64,000 nt of DNA from a virus. Lineage: Duplodnaviria > Caudoviricetes. Positions 26,824-36,783 of the stretch are shown piece after piece (position 1 is the first letter of the stretch; each line of letters starts with the position of its first letter). A program made the position numbers and the translations under genes. The notes under the pieces are model-generated. The model saw nothing but the letters and a program-made list of their open reading frames with translations, had not been told where the DNA came from and did not search any database. Location: IMG/VR virus record IMGVR_UViG_3300026094_000002. The stretch is one strand, 5' to 3'.

Positions 26824-27795
26824 TTAAAAAAGTTCGTCAGCAGAAATTCCTTGACCTTTAGAATATTCAACTGGTCGTTTTTGGAAGAAATCTGTCATTG
26901 TTGAACCTAATGTTGATTCATCAAACCAAAATGTTTTGTCTGCTAAGGATTTATCATACTTTACCATTGAACTATCAAAACCTATTTGGTCAAGAGAATC
27001 TTTCATTCGCTTAGCAACAAACGCCTTAAGGATATCTTTGTCCAATCCTTCTATAGCATAATCGCCTACCATCCAATCAATTACTCTTCCCTCAGCCTTA
27101 ATTGATTCTAAACATTCGTGTGCAATTCTTTCTTCTAATTCAGCATCAAAAAGTTCTGGGTACTCTTCACGAAGAGTATTAATAAGTTTGATACCAACCT
27201 GACTGTGTAGCATTTCCTCATTACGAGTATATTGTACTTGCTGTGCTACGTCCTTTAAAACTGCACGGTTTCTGTTGAAATGCATAACAATATAAAACTG
27301 TGAGAACAATGAGACATTTTCAACGAACAGAGTAAAGAGAATTATTGAATAAATGAATTGCTTGCGATCATTCTCATAAACTTTTTCATTATACTTGCGG
27401 AGATAATTGACTCTGCCGCGAATAACTTCTTCGTTGAGGTTTTCTTCAAACACATGGGTAAGATGAAGAACGTCTAATAATTTTTCGTAAGCCATATTAT
27501 GGATCACTTCTGAGTTTGCCATAGCATAACCAAGATCATTGATTGAAGGATGAGGAAGATGTGTTCCAACATTTGCCCAGAATGATTTTACGGCAACTTC
27601 AATCTGACCTATTGCTGATAGTGCTCTTACTACTACTTCTTGTTCTTGTTCTGTAAGGTCAGTTTTGAACTGACTATAATCTGATCTGAAGTTGAACTCA
27701 TCTGGAGTCCAGAATCCGCTCCAAATTGCGTCAATAAATTGTTTTGTCCAAGGATAGTGGTCGGGTTTTCTTGATAGTTGTTGTTCAAATAGCAT
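26824..27795 (-). CDS. nrdB: Class Ia ribonucleotide reductase beta subunit
   Basis: FWTPDE, QIEVAV, SEVIH..AY, ENVSLF, NEEMLH and TDFF. AGGAG RBS at MLFEQ. Confidence 0.95.
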   Translation of the reverse strand: MLFEQQLSRKPDHYPWTKQFIDAIWSGFWTPDEFNFRSDYSQFKTDLTEQEQEVVVRALSAIGQIEVAVKSFWANVGTHLPHPSINDLGYAMANSEVIHNMAYEKLLDVLHLTHVFEENLNEEVIRGRVNYLRKYNEKVYENDRKQFIYSIILFTLFVENVSLFSQFYIVMHFNRNRAVLKDVAQQVQYTRNEEMLHSQVGIKLINTLREEYPELFDAELEERIAHECLESIKAEGRVIDWMVGDYAIEGLDKDILKAFVAKRMKDSLDQIGFDSSMVKYDKSLADKTFWFDESTLGSTMTDFFQKRPVEYSKGQGISADELF

Positions 27796-27883
27796 AATTC
27801 TGATTCTCCTGATTTTAGTGCATAGTTCGGGTTTCTTGGATATTGTTCCATGTCCTATAGACGAGCAACAACAAGCAAGATAC

Positions 27884-28318
27884 TTAATAATTTTTGTAGT
27901 GCTTGAGATTTTTTGCGTTGATTTTACGATCAACTACTAGATCTTGTATGTCAACACCATTAAGATCACTATAGCAGTAACCTAGAAAATATTTAGCAGG
28001 AAGTACCTCAACCATAATACCTTCATTAGAATCAATAACGTATACGCTTTCTATGTCGGCCCGAAAAAGCAATCCTAAAGTATATACTATTCCCATAGAT
28101 CGGGTTAGTTCGCACCATGTATTATCAGAAAGAAGATCCCAAGGACTGGGCCAGTCATCCCAATCTTCCCAAGCGATGTGTTGTGTGGAAAGAGGTGCTT
28201 GCATCCACCAATTGTTTACTTCAAGCAAACAATCATATAATGATAGAGTTTGACACTGTTGTCTAAGGTCGTTCCATTCTCGGAGGCGATCTTCGAACTG
28301 CTGTGCCCAGTACATCAA
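27884..28318 (-). CDS. Hypothetical protein (144 aa)
   Basis: Overlaps the stop of the upstream tail gene; WPSPWDLL..N.WC motif. Confidence 0.6.
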   Translation of the reverse strand: MMYWAQQFEDRLREWNDLRQQCQTLSLYDCLLEVNNWWMQAPLSTQHIAWEDWDDWPSPWDLLSDNTWCELTRSMGIVYTLGLLFRADIESVYVIDSNEGIMVEVLPAKYFLGYCYSDLNGVDIQDLVVDRKINAKNLKHYKNY

Positions 28319-29949
28319 TCAAAATAACTAAGTGAATAACGGAAGTTGCCAGTTGTTCCTGACACTGTCGTAGAAAATTTGACAACAATTTCATCTGTAA
28401 TGGTAGATGATTCAACTGTTTGCTGTTGTTCAACAACAAAATAAAATCCTCTGGTATCGCCAGACTCTTGGTATTCATCATTGTAGATTGGAGAGGTACC
28501 TGAAAAGTCTTTAGTAATTGATATCACACCAGTCTTGACACCTTCATTTGGTATTCTTACTCTATAACGGATACTAACCGAATCAATATCAGTAACGTTA
28601 ATTGTAGCAGCATCTACTGTTGAAGTATCACTGGGTATTTCTACATCAATTGTGCTTTCTTGTGAGAGTTGTCCCAAACGAATACGATCACCAGACTCAC
28701 TGGCTATAACTCTCGCATCTTCTGCTATTGCAACTCTTTCAGAAGCAGCGTTACTATTGCGTTTGAATATGTCTCCCCAACTGACATTATTTGTTTGAGC
28801 AATATCAACTACAGGAAAAACTGCATCGAGTGGGTCAATATTTGTTTTTAATTCATTACCAACATCAAAAAAGATATTACCAACAGAGACACTATATTGA
28901 GTACGGGCAAAATTTATACCAGTAGCATAAATTCGGTCAAAACTGTTTGACGCAACACGAAATCCTTCTGGCCAGAATTCACTATCTGAACTACTTGGGT
29001 TTAGTTCAATACCTGAATACAGTATATCAAATTCAGTATTTGTTACTACTATGTTTTCTATTTTTTCAATTATTCCGAAAACGCGAACACCATAATTACA
29101 ATTATAAAATCCGCACTGGTCTACAACAATATCTTTTACTGTGGTGTTGTTACTAATGCCACTGTCAAAAGTCAATGCTGATTGTTCTGATATTGTCTCT
29201 TCAAAATCACCAGTATTTTTTTCTCCCTTAAACACAACATTTGAAAAATTAAGATGTTGAACTCTGTCTGCTAAAAATATAGAAATATCATCAGTGGTTT
29301 TAAAAGTTAATGAATCAATTTCAATATACTTTGGAGTAACGTCACTGGTAGGAATATTGATTCCTATTTCTTGATTATTCCCGCACGTTCTGGCTACTAC
29401 TTCTGCAAGCGAAGAATCATCACTTTTATATTCAATTATAGAACTTTCTGAACCTTCTCCAAACATTTTTGCATATGGAGGTATTAATACAGTGTCTGTT
29501 ACACGATAAACACCAGCCGGAAAAAATAATGACCTGCGAACCCGGGGATCAGTATCACGACAATACAATTCAAACAATGCTCGGTTTATAGCAGCAGTGT
29601 CATCAGTAACACCATCGCCCAAAGCACCAAAATCTTTTACTGATGCAAAATCATCTAATTTTCTTTGTAAGGAACGTTCAGTGTCTTCGTTTGCATCTGG
29701 ACCAGTTTCTACAGTGTAACCACCAGCATCCCCTTGATAAATGTAACTTTTGGCAAAACTTAATAAATCATCACGTTCAGTAAGAACACGTGTATTTCCT
29801 ATTACTGGTGCACCTTCATCTATTGTGCCATTGCCTATATAGAGTTCTTGGGCATCAGTTGCCCAACCAAACTCAGCACCATCCAATTGAGGGAGGTTTT
29901 CTTTAAGTCCTTTTCGGTGTGTAATTCTAGATATTTGAACTATTGCCAT
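28315..29949 (-). CDS. Virion tail/fibre protein with pectate-lyase-3-like beta-helix
   Basis: LPQL..AEFGWA.D...LYIGNG N-terminus; DFGALGDGVTDDTAAINRA and FFPAGVY; TAAATA at 29973-29978. Confidence 0.75.
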   Translation of the reverse strand: MAIVQISRITHRKGLKENLPQLDGAEFGWATDAQELYIGNGTIDEGAPVIGNTRVLTERDDLLSFAKSYIYQGDAGGYTVETGPDANEDTERSLQRKLDDFASVKDFGALGDGVTDDTAAINRALFELYCRDTDPRVRRSLFFPAGVYRVTDTVLIPPYAKMFGEGSESSIIEYKSDDSSLAEVVARTCGNNQEIGINIPTSDVTPKYIEIDSLTFKTTDDISIFLADRVQHLNFSNVVFKGEKNTGDFEETISEQSALTFDSGISNNTTVKDIVVDQCGFYNCNYGVRVFGIIEKIENIVVTNTEFDILYSGIELNPSSSDSEFWPEGFRVASNSFDRIYATGINFARTQYSVSVGNIFFDVGNELKTNIDPLDAVFPVVDIAQTNNVSWGDIFKRNSNAASERVAIAEDARVIASESGDRIRLGQLSQESTIDVEIPSDTSTVDAATINVTDIDSVSIRYRVRIPNEGVKTGVISITKDFSGTSPIYNDEYQESGDTRGFYFVVEQQQTVESSTITDEIVVKFSTTVSGTTGNFRYSLSYFD

Positions 29950-30050
29950 TTATGATAATTCCAATTATCTAGTATTTAGTTTTAATTTTGTTGTAGTGGT
30001 CATTAGATATTATCACAAATATCTCGCAATATGTTCTGAAATGACTATTT

Positions 30051-31703
30051 TTAGTTGACTGTGTCTTGAATATTGTCAAATATATCAGACAGTGTTGGAA
30101 ACACTTCAAAAAAATTTTCTTTTCTAAAAGAGTCGATTAACATAATATCTCGCCTTGCCTGACTTAGTTTGTGTGTTTTATCAGAAGACAACATGTAATT
30201 TTTAATTTGTCTCCACCTCTCTGATAAAATTGTTTGATTTTCTGAGTTTAACCAAGAACAATGATTGTCTATCATTGCTGCTATTCTTTTTTTATGATGC
30301 AAAGGCAAAGTCTGTACACCATAAGATCCATCATGTCCATTAATTGTTTGCATTTTAAATGAGTTTCCTAACAGTATGCCCTCTATGTGAAAATTTTTTT
30401 GAAGTAACATTGTTGATTCTATTGATAATGAACTTATCACTGAACTAACTTCTAGGATGGCATGAGGACATGTCTGCTTTATTAATTGAATATTTTTTTT
30501 AGTATTCTCCCAACTTGCCCCATGTCTTAAGTATTCAAACGTTTTTTCGTGACCGTCAATGCTAACTACAATACTAACATTCTTAAATACTTTCCAATAG
30601 TCTAATATTGATTTATTTTTATAATGTAAATTGCTCCCATTAATGGCATATTCAATTCTTGTGGTTTTTTCTTTATTGTTTTCAATTAAACTATCTAAAA
30701 TTTGATAATGTCCTTTCTGAAGAGTTGGTTCACCACCAGCAAATTTTATTACATTTGTCTTATCATTCAGCCATTCTCCCAAATTTTTTACAATCGTTTC
30801 TTTTTCTTGGCTATTCAAAATTTTATTTTTGTTATAACTCAATCCAAAAATTTTTTCTTCTTCTATTGCTATAAGTGTACTTGAATCACCAGAACAACAG
30901 CGGCATTTTAAATTGCATGTGCTATCTAAAGACAGTTCAACAAAATCAAAAAACAAGTCTTTATTTTTAACATCACCGTCAGAAGAGGTCATTTTTATCG
31001 CGTCTGTCTTTGAAAAATCTGATTTTTTATTATGGTACTGACGCCGACTTTCTAATCCATGTTTTTCTTCATAATAACATCCTTGACAGCCGAGAGATTT
31101 TATGTCGTTAAGCATATTTTTTCTAAGTGTTTTTAGTTCTTTTCCATGTAGTATATTAGTAATGTGGTTGTTTTTTAAGTTACCAAGGCTGTGTGGTCTA
31201 GTATAAGAACAGCATGGTAATACATCTGCATCTGGTTTTAAAAATATTTCTTTCCATGGAAGTACACAGAAAGTATCTTGTTTAGATAATTCTTTTTTGT
31301 AATTGCCATCTATATTAATAAAATTAATAAAAGTATCGTCATTATTAGAATAACTTTTGTTAACAGATACTATTTCTTTATTGATATTTAAATTTGAAGA
31401 TATTATTATCACGAAACAGTTTGTTATATCTATTTTCTCTAGATATTTTTGAACTAAAATTAGATGCTCACCGGGTGTATCATCTGATATATCATAATTA
31501 TATTCATCAATACAATCTTGAACGACTATTATACGTTCTTTTGGGAGAAACGGATCTTTTCGTATTGAATTTAAATAATTAAATATTTCTTCTTGTCCAT
31601 TTTTTTCCAAGAATTTAGAAAAATAAATAATATCCCCAATTAAGTCATAACTTTTTTTTAGATCATCAATGACAAAAGTTAAATCTTTTTTGTTCAATAC
31701 CAT
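30051..31703 (-). CDS. Radical SAM protein with N-terminal SPASM/twitch-like domain
   Basis: CVLPW...PCC, CQGC, CNLKCRCC, GGEP and SIDG..FEYLRHG. AT-rich. Confidence 0.85.
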   Translation of the reverse strand: MVLNKKDLTFVIDDLKKSYDLIGDIIYFSKFLEKNGQEEIFNYLNSIRKDPFLPKERIIVVQDCIDEYNYDISDDTPGEHLILVQKYLEKIDITNCFVIIISSNLNINKEIVSVNKSYSNNDDTFINFINIDGNYKKELSKQDTFCVLPWKEIFLKPDADVLPCCSYTRPHSLGNLKNNHITNILHGKELKTLRKNMLNDIKSLGCQGCYYEEKHGLESRRQYHNKKSDFSKTDAIKMTSSDGDVKNKDLFFDFVELSLDSTCNLKCRCCSGDSSTLIAIEEEKIFGLSYNKNKILNSQEKETIVKNLGEWLNDKTNVIKFAGGEPTLQKGHYQILDSLIENNKEKTTRIEYAINGSNLHYKNKSILDYWKVFKNVSIVVSIDGHEKTFEYLRHGASWENTKKNIQLIKQTCPHAILEVSSVISSLSIESTMLLQKNFHIEGILLGNSFKMQTINGHDGSYGVQTLPLHHKKRIAAMIDNHCSWLNSENQTILSERWRQIKNYMLSSDKTHKLSQARRDIMLIDSFRKENFFEVFPTLSDIFDNIQDTVN

Positions 31704-31715
31704 AAAAACCTTCTA

Positions 31716-32453
31716 TTATGTTTGAGTTATTACTGAGATAGATTTATAGTATTCTTCTAACCTTTTCCACCACTTTCTCTGCCAGTAATCAAAATCACCA
31801 TCTTCTAAAATAAATTCTTGGTACTCTGGTTTTGATATGACATTACCATCTTTATCAATCTCTGGTTTAACAGCCATCATAATGACACCTTTACGAATAT
31901 TGGTGCCATATACCTCATTATGTGCTGTAGCATATGCCGCTAATTGTAATTTATAATCATCAATCCATTCTTCTTTTTTGCGTGAATTGCTTTGTTTATA
32001 ATCCATTATTGCTGGTTCTCCATTATGAACACCAACTGAATCTGTGGTACCAGCATAAACTCCGGGGAAGTAAAGAGGAACTTCTACTCCCCAAACCTCA
32101 TCTACGTTTTTAAGTCCTTCTGTAATTATAACTTCTGCCATTGAATGACTAGGCCAACTGTAAGGGTTGCTTGTTCGGTCTTTTAAAACGCCATCTGTAA
32201 CATAGTCTTCAAGATAGTTGTGGAGTCGAGTTCCACGATTTGCTGCTTCAGTTGTTATGGCGGCAGCTTGTTTATGCCCTACTTTTTTTCTCCAATTCTC
32301 TAATGCTAACTTTTTTTCTTCACTTTTTGTGCGGTCAAGAATACTAGTAACACTGGGAACACGATCTTTTGTAGGGGTTTCGTAATATCGGATGTTGTCA
32401 ATACTGACTCGTGTAATTCTTTGATATTCAAATTTAAAATTTAATAATTTCAT
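31716..32453 (-). CDS. PD-(D/E)XK exonuclease
   Basis: PSVTSIL, RGTRLH, EVPL, AGTTD, DYKQS and QLAAYA. Confidence 0.85.
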   Translation of the reverse strand: MKLLNFKFEYQRITRVSIDNIRYYETPTKDRVPSVTSILDRTKSEEKKLALENWRKKVGHKQAAAITTEAANRGTRLHNYLEDYVTDGVLKDRTSNPYSWPSHSMAEVIITEGLKNVDEVWGVEVPLYFPGVYAGTTDSVGVHNGEPAIMDYKQSNSRKKEEWIDDYKLQLAAYATAHNEVYGTNIRKGVIMMAVKPEIDKDGNVISKPEYQEFILEDGDFDYWQRKWWKRLEEYYKSISVITQT

Positions 32454-32776
32454 TCTATAGTAAAACTTTCTCCGCAACCACACCTTGCAGACTCATTGGG
32501 GTTAATAAATTCAAATGACTCATTGATTCCTTTTTTTTGAAAATCAAGAGTCATTCCTTTTAAAAAAACATCGTGCTTGGGATCAATGTATATATCTACC
32601 CCATCTATTTGATGTTTGGTCAAAGATGATAATTCTTCAAGATTAACATACTCCATAACATATGCATATCCTGTACAGCCAGACTTTTTTATACCTATTC
32701 TTACGCCGGTAGAATTTGGCTGTTGATTGATCTTCTCTTGAAGTTTGGTTTTTGCTTGGTCTGTTAAATTAATCAT
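32450..32776 (-). CDS. iscA: IscA/HesB A-type Fe-S carrier
   Basis: SGCTGYAY, FEFINPN and CGCGESF. Confidence 0.92.
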   Translation of the reverse strand: MINLTDQAKTKLQEKINQQPNSTGVRIGIKKSGCTGYAYVMEYVNLEELSSLTKHQIDGVDIYIDPKHDVFLKGMTLDFQKKGINESFEFINPNESARCGCGESFTIE

Positions 32777-32823
32777 TAACCAATATTTACCAGAAAAATT
32801 TTAAGGAAGAGATTTTATTTTTG

Positions 32824-33156
32824 TCATATTTTTGAGGCCCTTTTGGCCATCTTACTAACAATTTTTTCAGCTTCATCTGCTGGCATTTCTTCTGCTTGCT
32901 CAGAGTCTTGTCCTTGAAAAATAACTTTACCCTTTGAGATATCTTTTATTAAGTTGTTTAACGGAGGTTGTTCAACAAGATCATATAAATCATCGCGAGC
33001 CATAGAAACGCCCATACCATGAGCTAGTTCAATAAATGCATCTATGCTTATACCAATTTCTGCATTGGTTTCTTTGCTTCTTTCGGAAACAAATTGTGCA
33101 AGTGCAGTAAGTTTGGCGATTGAAGTACTTGGTGCAGTAACTTCATTTATTTTCAT
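32824..33156 (-). CDS. Hypothetical late (probably head-associated) protein
   Basis: Starts MKINE; coupled to the upstream gene. Confidence 0.6.
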   Translation of the reverse strand: MKINEVTAPSTSIAKLTALAQFVSERSKETNAEIGISIDAFIELAHGMGVSMARDDLYDLVEQPPLNNLIKDISKGKVIFQGQDSEQAEEMPADEAEKIVSKMAKRASKI

Positions 33157-34388
33157 TATCGACGTTCTCGGCCAAGGTCAGCGTCTATATCAGTCTCTTC
33201 GGTATCACCTAGATCTAGATCTGGGGTGTCTTCATCATCAAGATCTAAATCAATATCATCATCACCGAGATCTGTATCTAAGTCTGAATCCATTTCGTCT
33301 TCTTCGCCGGGGACAGACAGTGTTTCTTCACCAGTAAGAGCAGACAATCCATTATTCATTTTTTCTTTTGTGCTCTGAAGAGACTGTATTAGTTCATCAA
33401 GTGCTGGACCAATATTTTGCTGAAAAGAATCTGCTTCACTTGTACCTAAATCTGTTCTGGCTTGATCAACAAGTGCAGGGAGGTCTTTGTATTGAACTTC
33501 TGAAACATCTTCAATCATTTTTTGAACACGATCAACTAAGTCTTTGGCAGCGAGAACAACTTGTGCTTGTTCAATGTCGCTTTCATCAAGACGACGAGTA
33601 GGTCTACCAGACTGCAATGACTCCGTTACCTTAACAAACTCTCTAGCAGGTTTGCCGTCTTCTCCACGAACCATGTTAAGTCTATATTGACCTGACTTAA
33701 GTCCCTCTACGCCAGTTTCTTTCCAATGCAATGCATTGCTTCCCTTAGAAAGAAATTTGCCCATATCATCTCTGGTTTTAAAAGCCTTGACCATAACCTT
33801 GTTTGAAAGGGATCTGCCCGCTGATGGCGGCAATGACTTATAAACCGAGAAACTTTCCTTTGCTCCAGCCTCGGATATTTGACTATCGGCTGACTTTGCT
33901 GCTACGGCATTTGCTATCTTCTGTTCGTCTGTGTTTAGTGTTTGTCCACGCTCAAGTTTATCTAATACTGATTGAGTTTCTGGAGCGGCTAGATCAATAG
34001 GAATTGTGTCCTGTTCTTCTATTTCTTTGTGTTGCTTTTTTCTATGTTTGCTGCTTGTTAGTTTATTTACAGCAGCGGTCCTGGCTGCCGCACCTGCTGC
34101 CCTTGCTGCTACACCCGCCAGAGGGGCAATTTCTTCTAAATCTTCTTCGTTAACTTTGTCCCGGAGAGCTTGTTCAATCATAACAAGTTCAAGATATGCA
34201 GGATTCTTTTCACTAGAATGGAATTTTGGGGTTTTGCGATGCTCTTTTAGCATTTTATTGACTCTGGGAAGCATTGTTTTTGCCTCCTGTACAGTAACCT
34301 TGTCAAAATCTACTGTTTTGCCAAAATGTGATGACATAACTGACGCAACGCGTTTACTCTTAGGTGCATCTAGTTCAAAAAGCTTCAT
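33156..34388 (-). CDS. Scaffold-like or internal head protein with acidic tail
   Basis: Starts MKLFE; coiled coil; Asp-rich C-terminus; TAAATA at 34412-34417. Confidence 0.55.
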   Translation of the reverse strand: MKLFELDAPKSKRVASVMSSHFGKTVDFDKVTVQEAKTMLPRVNKMLKEHRKTPKFHSSEKNPAYLELVMIEQALRDKVNEEDLEEIAPLAGVAARAAGAAARTAAVNKLTSSKHRKKQHKEIEEQDTIPIDLAAPETQSVLDKLERGQTLNTDEQKIANAVAAKSADSQISEAGAKESFSVYKSLPPSAGRSLSNKVMVKAFKTRDDMGKFLSKGSNALHWKETGVEGLKSGQYRLNMVRGEDGKPAREFVKVTESLQSGRPTRRLDESDIEQAQVVLAAKDLVDRVQKMIEDVSEVQYKDLPALVDQARTDLGTSEADSFQQNIGPALDELIQSLQSTKEKMNNGLSALTGEETLSVPGEEDEMDSDLDTDLGDDDIDLDLDDEDTPDLDLGDTEETDIDADLGRERR

Positions 34389-34848
34389 GTTCAAATCCTC
34401 GTGTTTGAAAGTATTTAGCCAAGTTAATTAATTTATCTATTTGTTTTATAGACGAATTTAGCTTTTGGTAATCATCTGACAACCTAGCACTAACAATGTC
34501 TTTGTCATCTTGACTGTCACATTGAGAAAAACGTTTTTTATCAACCAAAATGTTGTTTTCTAACAGTGTTTTTTTACTGTCATAATGCTTCAACAAACGT
34601 GATTCTTCTCTTTTTTGATTATAAACCAGAATGCACCACGCAGTTGCAGAACGTTTATTTGAAAAAGTATCCACATACTCATTCATTTTATAAACATTTA
34701 CACCGTGTTCGCTGTTGCGTAGTTTAAATTTGCCGGGCAACTCCCAAAAATCACCATTTTTTGTAAAAAGTTTTTGGTCAAAAAAACTGCGAGAACTATC
34801 CCGCAGTTGTTTAAGATTAGTTATTACCCGGTCAGTTAACGTATTCAC
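34375..34848 (-). CDS. Hypothetical protein
   Basis: Likely GTG start at 34848 with GTGA overlap of the upstream stop. Confidence 0.55.
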   Translation of the reverse strand: MNTLTDRVITNLKQLRDSSRSFFDQKLFTKNGDFWELPGKFKLRNSEHGVNVYKMNEYVDTFSNKRSATAWCILVYNQKREESRLLKHYDSKKTLLENNILVDKKRFSQCDSQDDKDIVSARLSDDYQKLNSSIKQIDKLINLAKYFQTRGFEHEAF

Positions 34849-35129
34849 CCTAATATCAGTGTTCCTATTGCCCATCCAGATACTGCTAGGAGAACTGCTA
34901 TTACTCCTCCAGCCCATTTTAGTATTTGATCGCTTCGTCGTTCGTTGCTTCTTATAATGCATTCGTGTATTTGTTTAGTCAATTTTTCTAAGTCATCAAC
35001 TTTTTCTTCAACCGTTGCCATTTTTTCTTCTAAAAAACGGTATCTGGCTGCACATAAGTCAACGTGTGTCTCTAAACTCTTTTTTTCTAAGTCTGTTGGT
35101 TCCATTGCTGATTTCTCTGGTCGATGCAT
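34845..35129 (-). CDS. Coiled-coil protein with C-terminal TM helix (XhlA-like architecture)
   Basis: SLETHVDLCAARY, a coiled coil, then WAGGVIAVLLAVSGWAIGTLIL; GGAGG RBS. Confidence 0.6.
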   Translation of the reverse strand: MHRPEKSAMEPTDLEKKSLETHVDLCAARYRFLEEKMATVEEKVDDLEKLTKQIHECIIRSNERRSDQILKWAGGVIAVLLAVSGWAIGTLILG

Positions 35130-35192
35130 GGTCGCCGCTCCTCCATACGCATAAAGAACATTATGTTCATACTGCCTTTCTAGTAGTAATTA

Positions 35193-35642
35193 TCATTCTG
35201 CTATTTCAAAATATATGTTGAGTAAATTACCGTTTGTCACAAGATATGGAGTTAATTCAATAGATTCATTTAATCCTGTTAACATAGGAACACCAGTTGC
35301 ATCATCTACGAGAGCACCCAACTCATTGTTTTTACTGTAAAAAACACTAGCGTGCTCAACTTCAAAATTAAATTTCCATGCATTGATTTTTTTGTTTTCG
35401 GTCTTCCAATTAACATCTACTTTGCGAGGACCGATTATTCTTAATGGTTGAGAACGCAATGATATTATTTGAAGAATTGTTTCACAGTTCCTTTGTTGGT
35501 TTCTGGCACGAATCCATTCTTTTTCATTGTTTATCACATTTCCGTGTTTATCTTTCATTGGAAACTGTGCTGCACGAATATGACTGCGTATTCCCGTATC
35601 TGTTATATCAAACAGCGTGTAGCAATTGATGCTGGTAAACAT
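35193..35642 (-). CDS. Hypothetical late protein
   Basis: TAAATA 6 nt upstream; YTLFDITDTG...QQRNCETILQ. Confidence 0.6.
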   Translation of the reverse strand: MFTSINCYTLFDITDTGIRSHIRAAQFPMKDKHGNVINNEKEWIRARNQQRNCETILQIISLRSQPLRIIGPRKVDVNWKTENKKINAWKFNFEVEHASVFYSKNNELGALVDDATGVPMLTGLNESIELTPYLVTNGNLLNIYFEIAE

Positions 35643-35659
35643 ATGCTTTATTTAAGCAA

Positions 35660-35690
35660 TAAAAAACCCCAAGCGATTAAACTCGGGGCT
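35660..35690 (-). terminator. Intrinsic terminator
   Basis: CCCCGAG-TTTAATCG-CTTGGGG followed by TTTTTT. Confidence 0.8.
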
Positions 35691-35715
35691 TAAACAATTA
35701 AAATTAAATTGTGTT

Positions 35716-36123
35716 TTAGACAGCGTCGGCTGTAGCGATTGCTAGACCTGTTGCTGTAACAGTTGCTGAACTAAGGTCAACACCATCAACAGTGCCAAGA
35801 TCCTGAATAGCAGTTTGAAGCTGTGTGATCTGGTCGTTCTCGGCTGGGTCAGCAGAACCGGTGAGCAAAAGAGGCTCGGCGGCGAATGTCTGCTGTGTGC
35901 CACCGTCAAATAACGGACCAGCAGCAACTAGTGTTGTAAACTGCTGAATTGCACGATAAACAGAGTCTACTGCACCATTTGGTCCTAGTGACTCGCTAAC
36001 GTCATTGATGTAATCAACGGTGAAGAAACCAATGTTCTTACCGACTACTTCCCACTGGTTCTCACTTGGATTCTGTGGGTTAACTGTTGCTGATTGTGGA
36101 TTTACTTTTGTAACTCCTGCCAT
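35716..36123 (-). CDS. Probable abundant virion protein (monocistronic late gene)
   Basis: TATAAATA at 36167-36174, AGGAG RBS, own terminator, Ala/Thr/Val-rich. Confidence 0.6.
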   Translation of the reverse strand: MAGVTKVNPQSATVNPQNPSENQWEVVGKNIGFFTVDYINDVSESLGPNGAVDSVYRAIQQFTTLVAAGPLFDGGTQQTFAAEPLLLTGSADPAENDQITQLQTAIQDLGTVDGVDLSSATVTATGLAIATADAV

Positions 36124-36166
36124 TTTAATATCTCCTAATAATAATTGGACTTTGTTGTCCTACAAG

Positions 36167-36174
36167 TATTTATA
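36167..36174 (-). promoter_or_regulatory. T4-type late promoter TATAAATA
   Basis: Exact T4 gp55 consensus in an intergenic position. Confidence 0.75.
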
Positions 36175-36210
36175 CAAAAGAGAAATTATTAGAGATACTT
36201 TGCAGAAAAT

Positions 36211-36783
36211 TCAAACAACATATCCTTTATTTTGGGCCACTCTTTTTAGAATCATATGAAGGTCACTGAAGAATACTGGATTACGAATTAGTAGCAGTAA
36301 CCTCTTGATTACCTGAACTTTTTGGTTATCTGGTAACTTTGGATAATCATTTGTTTCTCTACGTAATTGATAGTGTGCGGAGCCAAGACCACCAAGTTGT
36401 CTTTGCAGAATTAACATCATCTTTTCATAATCATTTGCATTAAGTTTTCCACTTTCAAGTTCACGAAGATTTCGTCTCAGCCGCATTTCAGGAACACTTA
36501 GAGCATTATCAATTTCTATTTTATCTGCAAACCGATTTTTATTTTGAATGAATACAACAAGGTTGAAAATATCTGGGCTTGTTACCCGAAAACCATTAAA
36601 TTGTGGATGTCTCATTATTGCTTTTGCATACTTCGCAGCGGCTTTTGAATCTTCATAATACAATAGCCGCAAAGCCAGCAAATGATTAAAAAGAGTACGA
36701 CCCAATTCATCAATGTCTTTGCCATCAATACGGTCTAATCTGCGTATTAATCGTGCCTCGTTGAGTTCTTTGATAAACTTCAT
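36211..36783 (-). CDS. Hypothetical late protein
   Basis: Starts MKFIKELNEA; ATGA overlap with the upstream gene. Confidence 0.65.
   Translation of the reverse strand: MKFIKELNEARLIRRLDRIDGKDIDELGRTLFNHLLALRLLYYEDSKAAAKYAKAIMRHPQFNGFRVTSPDIFNLVVFIQNKNRFADKIEIDNALSVPEMRLRRNLRELESGKLNANDYEKMMLILQRQLGGLGSAHYQLRRETNDYPKLPDNQKVQVIKRLLLLIRNPVFFSDLHMILKRVAQNKGYVV

Noticed and set aside
27796-27883. NrdR box upstream of nrdB
   Set aside because: The best candidate (CAATATCCAA) does not match the palindromic consensus.
27796-27933. Cys-rich N-terminal extension of NrdB in the ORF track
   Set aside because: An AGGAG RBS supports the start at 27795, and the extension overlaps the upstream gene.
31716-32453. 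Exonuclease as Cas4 of a CRISPR system
   Set aside because: It lacks the four-Cys Fe-S motif and there are no cas genes or array; it is an ordinary phage PD-(D/E)XK nuclease.
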